Virus record (IMG/VR): IMGVR_UViG_3300005805_009577
Location: 96,001 to 160,000 of that record
Direction: 5' to 3' (one strand)
Source of the DNA: a virus
Length of the DNA stretch: 64,000 nucleotides
Made by a program: the position numbers and the translations under genes
Shown here: positions 9,374 through 20,422 of the stretch, piece by piece
How the letters are laid out: each line of letters begins with the position of its first letter
Numbering within the stretch: the stretch's first letter is position 1
The notes under the pieces: model-generated
Told to the model about the DNA's origin: nothing
Seen by the model: only the letters and a program-made list of their open reading frames with translations
Databases searched by the model: none

Positions 9374-10789
9374 ATGCAAATTAAAGACGAAAACGGAAAA
9401 GTTATTGCAAGTATTGATCTTCAAGAAGGTTGCTCTATTTCCGACCTTTTAAAGAGTATTTCTTCTGGCAAGAAAGAAAAGAATTCTCTTAATACTCTCA
9501 AGGAAATTAAAGAAAGTGAAGACAAAAAGCAAATAGTTTTCAATTTTAACGATGGCTTTATATGTTATGATCTGCCTACAAAGACTTTTGTTAGGAAAAA
9601 TGGACTGAAAATTGGTGAAGGCTCCTTTAAGAGCATCAAGCTTAATCTTAAAAATAAGATTGTAACTCTAAATCATAGGGAAAGAGATACTTTCTGGCTT
9701 GAGTTAAAAGAAAAGACAGATGTTGTTTGGATTAAGACATTTTTTAGTCTTATAGACATATGGGCTAATAACAAGCATAAGCAAGGTCATTGGCAAAGTG
9801 TTAGAGATAGAAATGCCAAGAATAAAATTCAAGTCTTGACTAAAGACAAAAAGTTTTTTGACTCGCTAGAAGCATTTTCTAAGTTGACAAAAATTCAGTC
9901 TTTGAATGAAGACGATCTTAAGAGTCTTTATGATAATCTTCTTGAAATTAGCAACAAAGAAAATAAAGAAGACAAAAGTGCTCTAGGTTACAGCGTGAGA
10001 ATAAGTCCAAAAAGCACTATAGATAAATGGTTCATTGAAAGGTGTGACAAAGCTGTATCAGAAAACTATTCTAATGGCGAATCCTTAATTAATCACATGG
10101 GCGATTACATCAAGTGTAGTACGCATAAGGTAAAAGACTTATTTCAGTATGTATTTGAAGAGTACAATGGAGTGATTGCTTTTAAGCAAATAGAAAAAAT
10201 CAAGAAGTTAATTGGTTTTGGCTATGAGCCTAAAAGGTTGATGGACTATCTTTATAGAGACATTTATAATCAGGGCTTAGAATTAGATTTAGAAACTAGG
10301 TGGCATAATTCTGATTGTGCACTTTCTATGCTCTGTGATTATGCAAGCATGAATCAAGATATGAATCTAGTATATGAAAAGTATCCTAGGTATCTTTCTA
10401 CGTATCATGACGTTACGCAAAAGAATTATAAGATTGAAGAAGATAAAATAATTAAAGAAAAATTTCATAAAAGGGTTCTAGGGTTAAAAGAACAAGGATT
10501 AGAATATTCTGATAAGGAGTATTCTATTGTTCTTCCAAAGAATGGCGAAGAATTAGTTATCGAAGGACAAGATCTAAGTCATTGCGTTGCTAGTTACTAT
10601 AAACGAATGGCTTGTGGCGAAACTGCTGTCGTGTTTCTTAGAAAGAATAGCAGTATCAATCAAAGCCTTGTAACCATAGAAATTAAAGATAATGACATAG
10701 TACAAGCAAAAGGTAAAAACAACTCTAATCCGCAAGAAAAAGAAATAGAATTCATCAACAAGTATAAAAATTATTTACTAAAAAAGTAA
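9374..10789 (+). CDS. PcfJ-like domain protein
   Basis: C-terminal LPKNGEELVIEGQDLSHCVASY...FLRK...VTIEI...IVQAKG; motif at 9328. Confidence 0.85.
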   Translation: MQIKDENGKVIASIDLQEGCSISDLLKSISSGKKEKNSLNTLKEIKESEDKKQIVFNFNDGFICYDLPTKTFVRKNGLKIGEGSFKSIKLNLKNKIVTLNHRERDTFWLELKEKTDVVWIKTFFSLIDIWANNKHKQGHWQSVRDRNAKNKIQVLTKDKKFFDSLEAFSKLTKIQSLNEDDLKSLYDNLLEISNKENKEDKSALGYSVRISPKSTIDKWFIERCDKAVSENYSNGESLINHMGDYIKCSTHKVKDLFQYVFEEYNGVIAFKQIEKIKKLIGFGYEPKRLMDYLYRDIYNQGLELDLETRWHNSDCALSMLCDYASMNQDMNLVYEKYPRYLSTYHDVTQKNYKIEEDKIIKEKFHKRVLGLKEQGLEYSDKEYSIVLPKNGEELVIEGQDLSHCVASYYKRMACGETAVVFLRKNSSINQSLVTIEIKDNDIVQAKGKNNSNPQEKEIEFINKYKNYLLKK

Positions 10790-10810
10790 ATTATATAATT
10801 TAGATACAAT

Positions 10811-10842
10811 AAAAACCCTGCCAGAAATGGCAGGGTTTTTTT
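10811..10842 (+). terminator. intrinsic terminator
   Basis: AAAAACCCTGCCA-GAAA-TGGCAGGGTTTTT. Confidence 0.9.
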
Positions 10843-10867
10843 ATAAATATAACTAAATTATATATAA

Positions 10868-11599
10868 ATGTTATTTTTACAAGATTTGGATTATTTGATA
10901 TATTCTTCTCATAAAACAGCAACTCAATCTTTGCTTTCAATATTTAAAGCAAATGAAGTAAATTCTAAACATTGTCATTACATAGAGCATCTAAGAAGAG
11001 GAGATAAAAGTAAGATAAAAACATATGCAGAAATGAAAAAAGCTTTTATAGATGATTTAAACGAATACAAAAAATATTACAATAAAAAAATAAACATAGT
11101 TAGTATAATTAGAAATCCAATAGATAGATTGCCTAGTTCTTTTTTTCAAACACACCACACAGACGAAATTTCTTTTTTTAAAAAAGAAGAGCAGGAAACA
11201 ACCGTTTCAAAAAATACAATAGAAGAATTAATTCTTATATTCATTGATAAAATCAAAAATAAAAAATTAAGAGGAGGAGTAGAATCGATAGACGAAATGT
11301 CTCATATATTTCAAGTTGACATAATTTCAATGCTCAAATATAATAATTATTATTACTATTTTGAAAACGAATTAATTAATTTATTTGTATTAGATTTTAA
11401 TAAAATAATATCCGATAAAAATTTAGAGTATTTACATAAGTGTCTTGGGTTAAATTTGACTAAAAATTCAAGTGCAAACTTGTCTAGCCAAAAGATTTAC
11501 TACGAAAAATACAAAGAATTTAAAAAAGTTCTTCCAAGCATAGAAAATATATTAAAATCTAATTACAATATATTTTATTTTGAAGCATTTAATAAATAA
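10868..11599 (+). CDS. putative capsular-polysaccharide-synthesis / sulfotransferase-like protein
   Basis: YSSHKTATQSL and IVSIIRNPIDRLPSSFFQ. Confidence 0.55.
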   Translation: MLFLQDLDYLIYSSHKTATQSLLSIFKANEVNSKHCHYIEHLRRGDKSKIKTYAEMKKAFIDDLNEYKKYYNKKINIVSIIRNPIDRLPSSFFQTHHTDEISFFKKEEQETTVSKNTIEELILIFIDKIKNKKLRGGVESIDEMSHIFQVDIISMLKYNNYYYYFENELINLFVLDFNKIISDKNLEYLHKCLGLNLTKNSSANLSSQKIYYEKYKEFKKVLPSIENILKSNYNIFYFEAFNK

Positions 11600-11603
11600 A
11601 ATT

Positions 11604-11756
11604 ATGAAAGAAAAAGAAAATTATTTTAAAACCGAAGATGGATATTTTATAAAAGAAAATTCTAAGGGCTGGTGCTTTTTGCCTTTTGAAAAATTTTACG
11701 AAATATCAGAGATACTAAAAATAGCAGAAAAGTTAAAGGATCTCAATTCAGAGTAA
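11604..11756 (+). CDS. small hypothetical protein (50 aa)
   Basis: MKEKENYFKTEDGYFIKE...; fills the operon gap. Confidence 0.5.
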   Translation: MKEKENYFKTEDGYFIKENSKGWCFLPFEKFYEISEILKIAEKLKDLNSE

Positions 11757-11774
11757 AAAAGCATATATAATATT

Positions 11775-12656
11775 ATGAATTGTATAATGTATTCTGCTTT
11801 TTTGCCAAAACTATCAGATATAAATCACACCAACCAACAAATATTTTCTCAATTATATTATTCGATAGAAACACTAACAGATACAGGTTATTCTGGGAAG
11901 GTGTTTTTATTTTATGACGCAGATGTAGATATAAAAAACTTTTTATATAAAAAAAAATACAGTTTAAAAAAATTTAGCAACCTAGTGTGCGTGAGAGCTA
12001 ACTATGACGAGAACATCATAAAAAAAACAAAATGTGCATTTCATAAGTGGTATTATTTAAAGTTGTTTTATGATAAGTTTAAATTCAATAGAGTTTTATG
12101 TGTAGACAACGATACTATTTTTAATAAAAATCCAGAAATAATTTTTAATGAAAATAGCGATCTAGATGTTTTTTACGGAAAACAATATCGCTGGAATGAT
12201 GATTTAATTAAAGAAAAATTAAATATGGAGGCACAGTGTCTCAATACAGGACAATTTTTGGTTAGTAGCAAAATAATGCAAGTTTTGGGAGATAAATTTT
12301 TAGAAGACGTATTAGAAAATTATTTTTTAACATTAAAAATAACAAATGAATTTAAAAAAGACTTGGCTGGACATATGATTTGGATTGGAGAAGAATATGC
12401 GATTACAAAAACACTAGAAGAAAAAAAAATAAAAATAATAAATTTAAGCGATAAGTATGCAACATATTCTGGTGTTAATAAAAAGCCTGTTTTCTGTCAT
12501 TATTATTCTTGCAACACAAGAAATGCAGTTCCCGAAGAATATTGGTCTATACATACTTCTGAAAGAACCGTAACATGGTATAGTCATTTGGCGGAAAAAG
12601 AAACTAAAAAAATAGAAAAATTTCAGCCTATCTTAAATTTTTATAAAAAATCTTGA
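11775..12656 (+). CDS. GT-A fold glycosyltransferase (GT8-like)
   Basis: VLCVDNDTIF DxD motif, LNTGQFLV, FCHYYS. Confidence 0.7.
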   Translation: MNCIMYSAFLPKLSDINHTNQQIFSQLYYSIETLTDTGYSGKVFLFYDADVDIKNFLYKKKYSLKKFSNLVCVRANYDENIIKKTKCAFHKWYYLKLFYDKFKFNRVLCVDNDTIFNKNPEIIFNENSDLDVFYGKQYRWNDDLIKEKLNMEAQCLNTGQFLVSSKIMQVLGDKFLEDVLENYFLTLKITNEFKKDLAGHMIWIGEEYAITKTLEEKKIKIINLSDKYATYSGVNKKPVFCHYYSCNTRNAVPEEYWSIHTSERTVTWYSHLAEKETKKIEKFQPILNFYKKS

Positions 12657-12687
12657 CACTTAGAATTAAATTTGATAAATTAATTAA

Positions 12688-13539
12688 ATGAAAAGAATTT
12701 TTATTGGCGATGGAAAAGTAAGTAAAATTATTAGAAAAAAAAATGATATTGTATTAAATCATAAAGACATAGAAATAACTAGCTTAGATAGCGTAAATAA
12801 AGCTTTAAGTTTGATAATTGATGAAAACGCTGTAGTTATAAACACCGCCGCAGAAATAAACCTTGAGTCTTGTGAAAAAAATAAAAATAAAAGCTTTTTA
12901 GTTAATACGCTTGGCCCTTTAAATATAATAGAAGTTTGTTCTAATAATAAAGCGAAATTAGTTCACATAAGTAGTGGTTGCATATATGATGGAAATGAAA
13001 TAGAATTTAGCGAAAATACTATTCCAAAACCTGCCGCATGGTACACTAGAACAAAAACATGGGCAGACGAAGCTTTAATAAATTATGGATATGAAAATTT
13101 ACTTATATTAAGACCTAGACAACTTATAAGCAGCTATCCTTATAAAACTAATATGCTAACCAAATTTTTAAGTATAAAAAATCTAAAATGTATAGAAGAG
13201 CAAAATAGTTTAACTTGTATAGAAGACCTTGAAGAAATGTTAGACCATCTACTTTTTATTAATGCAAATGGTATTTATAATGTCGCCAACACAGGAACAA
13301 TCAGTCCATATGAAATAGCCTTAGAGCTAAAAAAGATAGACAAAGATTTAAGTGTAGAAAAGATTTCATATGATAAATATTTAAAAAATGTAGCTGTTAA
13401 AAGAGTAAACACCATTTTAGATTTAACAAAATTATTAGCTACAGGATACTCTCCTAGAAGTTGTCAAGAGGCATTAAAATATTGTGTTAAAAATTATGGC
13501 AAAAATATAGAAGGAAAAGTTTATGATTACACTTGCTAA
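12688..13539 (+). CDS. NDP-sugar reductase (RmlD-like extended SDR)
   Basis: VINTAA, VNTLGP, HISSGCIY, YxxxK (WYTRTK), LRPRQ. Confidence 0.85.
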   Translation: MKRIFIGDGKVSKIIRKKNDIVLNHKDIEITSLDSVNKALSLIIDENAVVINTAAEINLESCEKNKNKSFLVNTLGPLNIIEVCSNNKAKLVHISSGCIYDGNEIEFSENTIPKPAAWYTRTKTWADEALINYGYENLLILRPRQLISSYPYKTNMLTKFLSIKNLKCIEEQNSLTCIEDLEEMLDHLLFINANGIYNVANTGTISPYEIALELKKIDKDLSVEKISYDKYLKNVAVKRVNTILDLTKLLATGYSPRSCQEALKYCVKNYGKNIEGKVYDYTC

Positions 13540-13661
13540 GATTGCTATTGTTTTAATTGTTCTCTTTTTCGTATCATTTTTAACTTTATTTTGGTATTTC
13601 ATTATATCCACGGGCATACGATCTATAATTAAGTCTGTAAAAAATAAGAAAGGCAAATAAA

Positions 13662-14603
13662 TTGAAAATATTAATCACTGGTGCCTGCGGTTTTATTGGC
13701 GGGCATTTTTTAGACAAAATTTTAGAAGATTCTAATTATGAAGTATCAGTAATAGATAAAATCACCTACGCAGCAAATTCAGACAACTTAAAAAAAATAT
13801 TTACTAAAAATATTCCTTTTTTTCCTTTTGGAATAGAAGAAACAAAAAAAGTAAATGAAATTATTAAAAATTTAAATATAGACGTAATTTTAAACTTTGC
13901 TGCAGAAACACATGTCGATAATTCTATAAAAGATTTACGACCCTTTATTGCTTCTAACATAAATGGTGTATATTCTTTGTTGGAGTCTTGTCGAACTTTT
14001 GGCACAAAATTAATTCACATCAGCACAGATGAAGTTTACGGACCTGCTAATTGGGATCCATTTAAAGAAGATGATAAATTAAATCCATTAAATCCATATT
14101 CCGCCACCAAGGCTGCATCAGAACATCTAATACTAAGTTATTGCAATACATTTAAAATTGATTACTTAATAGTTAGGCCCAGCAATAATTATGGGCCAAG
14201 ACAAAATAAAGAAAAATTTATTCCAAAGTATATTAATTGTCTAAAAGAAAATAAAAAATTTCCTCTTTATGGCGATGGGTTACAAGTAAGAGAGTGGTTT
14301 TTTGTAAAAGATTGTGCAGATTCAATAAAAAGACTATTGCCACCCTCCAGAACATTAAATAATGTTTATAATATCGGTTGTCCGCGTAGCAAACAGTTTA
14401 ATATTGATGTTCTTAAAATAATCCATAGTTTTTATAATCCAAACAATACTGCATTTGAAAATACTATAGAATTTGTAGAAGACAGAAAAGGTCACGATAA
14501 AAAATATGCAATAAATATAGAAAGATTTTTTAAAGAATTTAAAAATTTAAACTCTACTCCTTTAGAAGAAGGATTAAAACAAACAATAGATTATTACAAG
14601 TAA
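13662..14603 (+). CDS. rmlB: dTDP-glucose 4,6-dehydratase
   Basis: ITGACGFIG, DKITYAA, NFAAETHVDNS, HISTDEVYG, YSATKA, NNYGPRQ, DRKGHD. Confidence 0.95.
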   Translation: MKILITGACGFIGGHFLDKILEDSNYEVSVIDKITYAANSDNLKKIFTKNIPFFPFGIEETKKVNEIIKNLNIDVILNFAAETHVDNSIKDLRPFIASNINGVYSLLESCRTFGTKLIHISTDEVYGPANWDPFKEDDKLNPLNPYSATKAASEHLILSYCNTFKIDYLIVRPSNNYGPRQNKEKFIPKYINCLKENKKFPLYGDGLQVREWFFVKDCADSIKRLLPPSRTLNNVYNIGCPRSKQFNIDVLKIIHSFYNPNNTAFENTIEFVEDRKGHDKKYAINIERFFKEFKNLNSTPLEEGLKQTIDYYK

Positions 14604-14736
14604 ACAATTGTGTGGGCAGCCCTTTTTTGGGTACGGTCGTAGGGGGAGCGGCTGAATAAGGGCGTGGAGTCGCCCCGAAAGATTTGCATTTATTCATTAT
14701 TTTTTTTAAAAATGCAAAACGAATAGGGGCGGAAAA

Positions 14737-14997
14737 ATGAAAACAGAATTTGATATTTATAGAGACAAGGTTTGGAATTATCTCAAAAGCGAATATAAAG
14801 AGTCAATGGATCTAATGTATGACCATTTATCTAAGGATCCATTAAACACTGTGTTAAGTAGAGAAACGGTAAACAACATTCTTCTCAATAACATTGAATA
14901 TCTTATCAAAGATTGCTATAAGGACGAAATTAGCATACCCTTTTGTGCAAACAAAGTGTTATTATTGTTTTCTTTTTGTGGAATGAAGAGAAAATAA
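14737..14997 (+). CDS. hypothetical protein, paralog family B
   Basis: DIYRDKVWNYLKSEY, like 20559 and more weakly 39619; motif at 14631. Confidence 0.75.
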   Translation: MKTEFDIYRDKVWNYLKSEYKESMDLMYDHLSKDPLNTVLSRETVNNILLNNIEYLIKDCYKDEISIPFCANKVLLLFSFCGMKRK

Positions 14998-15261
14998 TTG
15001 AATAAAGCCTTAGAGTTTTTTGAATTTTTTATTTATGTTTTTGTGTTGGTGATAGTTTATTTTATCTTAAAAAATTTATAAAGGATAATAAATGACAATT
15101 ATTAAAGTCAAGAGAGTTTTTCGAAATAATGTTTGTGGTTGCGGCAGCGGCAAAAAAAGTAAAATTTGTTGTAAAAGCGTAAATGAATACAATGTAATAA
15201 ATAATAGCAACATTGAAGAAAAGCCTATTGACAACAAAGATAATTCCGAGGATAATACCTA

Positions 15262-15905
15262 ATGTTCTTTCCAAATGAAGATAGTGATTTGAATATGTTT
15301 GTTGATACTTGGATGGAAGCAAGCATTCAAGATAAAGATAACATAGAAATTAATGTTTGCAAAATGCTTAAAATTAATATGAAAGAAGCAATTCGTAGGG
15401 CAAGTGCTATTAATAATCAAGGAATAAAGCTTCCTTATTATGATCGAAAGCATATGAAAAAATTGCGTAAGTTAACAGAAAAAGACATTTAATTTTAAGA
15501 TTGCCAAAAGGACAAAGTATGAAAAATTTTAGTGTTCCAAAATACACTGTAATAAAGTATCTTCGTGACAAGAAGCATAATCCAAGGGGAGTTCTTGTTG
15601 CAGTTAAACTTGCTAGCGGGGAAATTAGCATTCATTATAGTTATTGCAACAACAAACTTGATACTTTTAACAAGACCACTGCACTTAAAATTGCTGTAAA
15701 TCGTGCACTATCTAATAAACTTAACTCGTGTATTCCGCCTAGGCAGGTGATTAAAGAGATTGATCAATTTAACGACAGAGTAAGTCGTTATTATCGCGTA
15801 AATAAAAATGATCTTCTTACATGGTGGGGCGATGATGAATTTGTTAGAATGCCAGTTGACAAAGAGGCAATTGAAGAGTATAAACAAAGCTTCACAAGGC
15901 AATAA
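15262..15905 (+). CDS. two hypothetical proteins (15262-15492, 15501-15905)
   Basis: Co-directional ORFs; second has RGVLVAVK..YSYCN..DTFNK..ALKIA. Confidence 0.7.
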
Positions 15906-16110
15906 AAATGAAACTAACTTTATTTTTCTTAATCATTCTTGGTTTTTGTTTGTTTGTTAATTTTACTTGGTATCTATTTTTGCAATTGTTTAGGATGTTC
16001 GATAATTATATGATGGACAAACAATTCAAAAAAATTAATTATGAAAAAATGAAATGCGAGAATGGAAAAACTTGGTATGTAGGCTAGTTTTTCTTTGTCA
16101 ATAAAAAAGC

Positions 16111-16143
16111 AAAAAAGAGGAGAGAAATCTCCTCTTTTTTTTT
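16111..16143 (+). terminator. intrinsic terminator
   Basis: AAAAAAGAGGAGA-GAAA-TCTCCTCTTTTTT. Confidence 0.85.
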
Positions 16144-16148
16144 ATCTA

Positions 16149-16176
16149 TTGACAAAATATAAGTTTAAATTAAAAT
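16149..16176 (+). promoter_or_regulatory. sigma70-like promoter
   Basis: TTGACA-16-TAAAAT upstream of 16200. Confidence 0.55.
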
Positions 16177-16199
16177 AAAAAAGCAAAAGGAAAAACAAA

Positions 16200-16532
16200 A
16201 TGATAGAAAAAGCGATTCTTGAAAAAGGACAAACTAGTCCTGTAAACAAAATATCTTTGCTTGAAAAAACAAGCAAATTATATGAAATATTTAGTAAAAA
16301 AATAGATGATATAACTGAAAACTCTGGTTTTAACTCTGCCATTAAGCTTAAAGAATATTTAGACTCTTTGTTGCCGGATGTAGTAGATGCCTTTGAATTT
16401 GGAATGATACACTTAATAAACACCGGTCAGGCGGATAATTGCTATGCTATTATCAACCCTTATAATCCAAATAAAGTTTTATTAATAAAGAGAGATTACG
16501 CTGAAAATATAATTAAAAATGGTATTTTATAA
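16200..16532 (+). CDS. hypothetical protein
   Basis: AAGGA RBS, promoter upstream. Confidence 0.75.
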   Translation: MIEKAILEKGQTSPVNKISLLEKTSKLYEIFSKKIDDITENSGFNSAIKLKEYLDSLLPDVVDAFEFGMIHLINTGQADNCYAIINPYNPNKVLLIKRDYAENIIKNGIL

Positions 16533-16699
16533 TTTGAAATAATTTATTCATATCTTTAATATATAAAAGATATGAATGAAATAAATGACTTAGGACTAAT
16601 GAAAGACTATGGACAATTTATAATGTCCATAGTGCTTTTATTTTATGGTTTTCTTTATCAATATTTAGAAAATCAATATTTAGAAATAGAGGAATAAAA

Positions 16700-16933
16700 A
16701 TGAAATTTTCTTTATGGTTGGAAAAAAGAGTTAGAAATCAAAAAACCCAAACTAAAATGCCTAGAGTTAAAAACGGCACAGAAAGAGTTGTATCTGATGC
16801 TAACATGAGAATAAGCCAAATGGTCGGCCATGGTCAATATAAAACACATGGTAAGGCCGGAAAAATGAATTATAAAAAAGATAAAGGTTCTAGATCAGAA
16901 AAAAATAGACTAGCAATAACAGACCAGCAATAA
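16700..16933 (+). CDS. small basic hypothetical protein
   Basis: GAGGA RBS; N-terminus MKFSLWLE. Confidence 0.7.
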   Translation: MKFSLWLEKRVRNQKTQTKMPRVKNGTERVVSDANMRISQMVGHGQYKTHGKAGKMNYKKDKGSRSEKNRLAITDQQ

Positions 16934-16946
16934 TATAGGAGAATAC

Positions 16947-17246
16947 ATGAAAACATTTTACGAGTGGTTAATGATTGAGCAAAAAGAATTTTTATTATTT
17001 GAAGATGGTCAAAAAAAATTGTATAGAGAAGTGGTGTCAAAACTAAGAAAAGCAGGATTTGAATTTGTAAGAGTGGCAAATGATGCACACGACGTATGGA
17101 TAAAAGACGGAACTGAAGTGAATGTATTGAGAAATGTTAGAGGAAATCCAAATATAATATTTAATCAGACAATAAGAGCTTGGGAAAACACCAAAACAAG
17201 AAATCAAGAGTTAAAAAATAAAAGAGAAAAAGTTGCTTCTAAGTAG
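16947..17246 (+). CDS. HicA-like (mRNA interferase fold) protein with N-terminal extension
   Basis: YREVVSKLRKAGFEFVR...HDVW.KDG..V.V matches the HicA pattern; N-terminus MKTFYEWLMIE. Confidence 0.55.
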   Translation: MKTFYEWLMIEQKEFLLFEDGQKKLYREVVSKLRKAGFEFVRVANDAHDVWIKDGTEVNVLRNVRGNPNIIFNQTIRAWENTKTRNQELKNKREKVASK

Positions 17247-17270
17247 CAACACGGACTTGATTGTTTATTC

Positions 17271-17300
17271 TTGACAAAAATGCCACAACTCTGCTATAAA
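17271..17300 (+). promoter_or_regulatory. sigma70-like promoter
   Basis: TTGACA-18-TATAAA with TG extension. Confidence 0.5.
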
Positions 17301-17441
17301 CCATCTAGGAAATTTTATGATATTTTTCATGATATTTTTCTCTGGACTTTTGATAGGGTTTTTTCTTGGTTTTATTTACTCTATAGTTGCTACCTGCAAT
17401 ATGTTAGATGAATATAGCCAAGAAATAGATAGAAAAGAAAA

Positions 17442-18027
17442 ATGAAATATAAAAATTTAATTGGAAAAAAAGTTCAAATAATTGCCAAAAGAAAAGCGTG
17501 TGAATTTTTAACAAAATTAAACTTTGAATCTTACTCTTTTGAAGCAACGCTACAAGAAGTTAATAAAGATTATATTGTAATAAAAAAACAAAGCGGCATG
17601 ATAGGCTATTTTCCAATTGAAGACAAATATGTAGCTATTGAAAAAATAATTTTGGTTTAAAATGTCTAAAAAACCCAAAAAACATGTATGTAGTATTTGT
17701 GGTGCCAACACAGATATTTATACAAATGTGCATTCTAAAAATAAATTTATAGATAACAACTTTTACGACAAAGTTTGTTTTACATGTTATTTTGTTCCAA
17801 AAACAATCCATCAAACATATAATAGAGAAGGCCTAGTGGCAGAGGAAACAGAACTGGAGTATTGTAGTGAAAATTTACACACTCCAAAAGAGCTTGTTTT
17901 GGGAGGAAGTGCAGAAAATATTAAAGAAGCAAAAAGAAGTTATGAATCTATAGTTAATCTTTGCAAAAAAAAGAAAAAAAATAAAACTAAATTGTTAAGA
18001 CCAAAACCAGAGTGGCGTATAGTTTAA
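17442..18027 (+). CDS. two hypothetical proteins (17442-17660, 17662-18027; second has CxxC pairs)
   Basis: Abutting ORFs; CSIC and CFTC in the second. Confidence 0.7.
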
Positions 18028-18062
18028 AAATAAGGATTGTGTTATGAATAATATATAACAAC

Positions 18063-18871
18063 ATGAATGTTTTGTTTGTAAATGATACTTCTGCATATCA
18101 TTGTGGTAGTTTCTTAACCTGTAGAGTGTTGACTAGTTTGATTAAAAAAAAATGTAGCTCACTAGAAATATTAAGACGTAGCACCAAAAAAAAATGAGTT
18201 TTTATGATATAATAATTATAAATGGAGAGGGATCTTTTCATCATAACAAAACGCATAAACCAGCCCAAGGGATATATTATTGTGCTGAAGAGTTCAAGAA
18301 AATAGGCAAAAAAGTTTTTTTAATAAATACTGTAATTCATGAAATAACTTATGACTTGAGTATATTTGATGCTATTTTTACCAGGGAAAGTTTAAGTTCT
18401 CAGGGTGAACATAAAGTGGTTAATGATGCTTGTTTTTATAATATATTAGATAATTCAAAAAACAAAGAAAACTATGTTTTATTTTTAGACAGTGTATTGC
18501 CCGAAGTTAATAAAAAAATTTTAAAAGAATATGAAAGCTATGCTGGTGAAAAGAAATATATAAAAATGGATGAAAATAAATTTGACCTCGATAAGTTTAT
18601 AAAAGTTTGCCAGAATGCAAGTTGTATTATAACAGGAAGGTATCATGGTGTAGTTTTTTCTATTATGTGTGAAAAAAAGTTCATAGCACTTGAGTCAAAT
18701 ACTCATAAAATATCAGGGCTTTTAAAAGATTTAGATTTATTACAAAATTTAACAGATGACTTAAGCGATTTGGAAAAAAAAATATATTTATCTAAAAAAC
18801 CAAAAGTAGATATTCATAAAATAAAAAAAGATATAGAGGATATGATTGATTTTTGTTTGATGAAATTATAA
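18063..18871 (+). pseudogene. polysaccharide pyruvyl transferase family protein split by a frameshift in an A9 run
   Basis: 18063-18197 (MNVLFVNDTSAYHCG) joins 18194-18871 (INGEGSFHH...ITGRYHG) if one A is added at 18186-18194. Confidence 0.75.
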
Positions 18872-18974
18872 AGAGATATGAACAAACCATATGCCGTCTT
18901 ATGAAGAAGAATTTGTTAATAAATTAATTTCTATGCATCAAAATGTAAATATTATTAATAAGTAAATTTTTCCA

Positions 18975-19682
18975 ATGAATGAAATATTATTAAAAATAAA
19001 AGAAGTTAATCAAAATAAATGCTATGAAGAATGGCAAAAGCTTATATTTAATAAAAATGTTTGTATAGTTGGACAATCAAGTTACTTATTAAACCAAGAA
19101 CAAGGCTCAAAAATAGACGCTTATGACATCGTAGTCAGAATTAATGAGGCTTTTATTGATATTCAAGAATACAAAAAAGATTATGGAGAAAGATACGATA
19201 TATTATACATAACAAATGATCATAGAATGTATGATTCTGGATTTTTAATAAATAATTATGATAAAATCATTAATAAAATGGTGAGTTTATTCGGGGTTCC
19301 AGAATACCACTATACTTATAAAAGTTTTCAAAAATTTTACCAACTTTTAAGTAATAAAAATAGCATAATAAATAATGATGCAAAAAGAAAATTGGTAAAA
19401 GATTACTTGAATAATAAATTTCCTACTACTGGATTTTTTGCTATTTTAGATATTCTTTCGTTTGGGCCTGAATCTTTGTATATTCCAGGATTTTGTTTTT
19501 ATCTAGACTACACAAGAATTTTAAAAAGATTCGAAGGATATAACAAGCCGGTAAATTCCATACATAACTCTATAACAGAAATAAATATTTTTAAGAATCT
19601 TAGAAAAGAGCATAAAATAATAGTAGATGATTACACTGAAATAAAATTATCGGAATTTAAAAATAATTCTCTAAAAAATTAA
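18975..19682 (+). CDS. GT29 (sialyltransferase-like) glycosyltransferase
   Basis: VCIVGQS..L......IDAYDIVVRIN (sialylmotif L-like) and PTTGF (motif S-like). Confidence 0.75.
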   Translation: MNEILLKIKEVNQNKCYEEWQKLIFNKNVCIVGQSSYLLNQEQGSKIDAYDIVVRINEAFIDIQEYKKDYGERYDILYITNDHRMYDSGFLINNYDKIINKMVSLFGVPEYHYTYKSFQKFYQLLSNKNSIINNDAKRKLVKDYLNNKFPTTGFFAILDILSFGPESLYIPGFCFYLDYTRILKRFEGYNKPVNSIHNSITEINIFKNLRKEHKIIVDDYTEIKLSEFKNNSLKN

Positions 19683-19746
19683 AAGTGTATATGGGTACGC
19701 TTTTTAAGTGTTGTGACCGTATTGTAATCTTTAACAAATTATAAAA

Positions 19747-20184
19747 ATGAACTTAAATATAGATTTTGAAAACGAAGATGTTTGTAAAAAGCTTCAAAAG
19801 ATTTTTCTTGATAAGATACTAGAAATATCCGAGAACATTAAGAGTACAGGCAATAAAAAAGAAGATGAAAAAGCATTTCAAGAAGAATATTCTAAATATC
19901 TTTTTAAACACGGTATATTTGTAATGGGAATAAAACATGTTTACAAATATTGTAATTCTAAAACACCTCATTATATTTGTATAGAAAATCCCGAAGGCGA
20001 TCTTTTTGAAAAAACTAATTGGAATGTAGATCCGCCTACAGAAGAAAATGAGTTGAAATTTCTTTTAAACCGCTCAGATGGTAGTTTTAGAAAAATTCTT
20101 ACAGACAGAATAATTGATGATTTCTGGTATACTATTCCGACAAAACTTGCAGAAAAGGCACTTGCTTTAGGAAAATTGCCTTAA
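19747..20184 (+). CDS. hypothetical protein, paralog family A
   Basis: Ends YTIPTKLAEKALALGKLP; degenerate motif at 19695. Confidence 0.75.
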   Translation: MNLNIDFENEDVCKKLQKIFLDKILEISENIKSTGNKKEDEKAFQEEYSKYLFKHGIFVMGIKHVYKYCNSKTPHYICIENPEGDLFEKTNWNVDPPTEENELKFLLNRSDGSFRKILTDRIIDDFWYTIPTKLAEKALALGKLP

Positions 20185-20203
20185 TGCACACTAAGAATTT
20201 GTT

Positions 20204-20422
20204 ATGAAAAACAAAACAATTTTAGAAGAATTTAAACTTTGCATTTGTGGAAAGAAAAAAGTTTTCGAATTAGATGCTTTTGCATATTGTGACCCATCTT
20301 TTGCGATTGATGCAAATATAATAAAAATCAGATACTGTGGGAATAATGAGTGCTATAACAAACTAATTTCAGAAAATTTAAAAAACGAAGAAGCGTTTTA
20401 TATAAATATGCATGAATTTTAA
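20204..20422 (+). CDS. hypothetical protein
   Basis: ORF track, Cys pairs. Confidence 0.55.
   Translation: MKNKTILEEFKLCICGKKKVFELDAFAYCDPSFAIDANIIKIRYCGNNECYNKLISENLKNEEAFYINMHEF

Noticed and set aside
16546-16631. Two AT-rich inverted repeats (16546-16576, 16604-16631)
   Set aside because: Could be operators, but such dyads are expected at this AT content and recur nowhere else.
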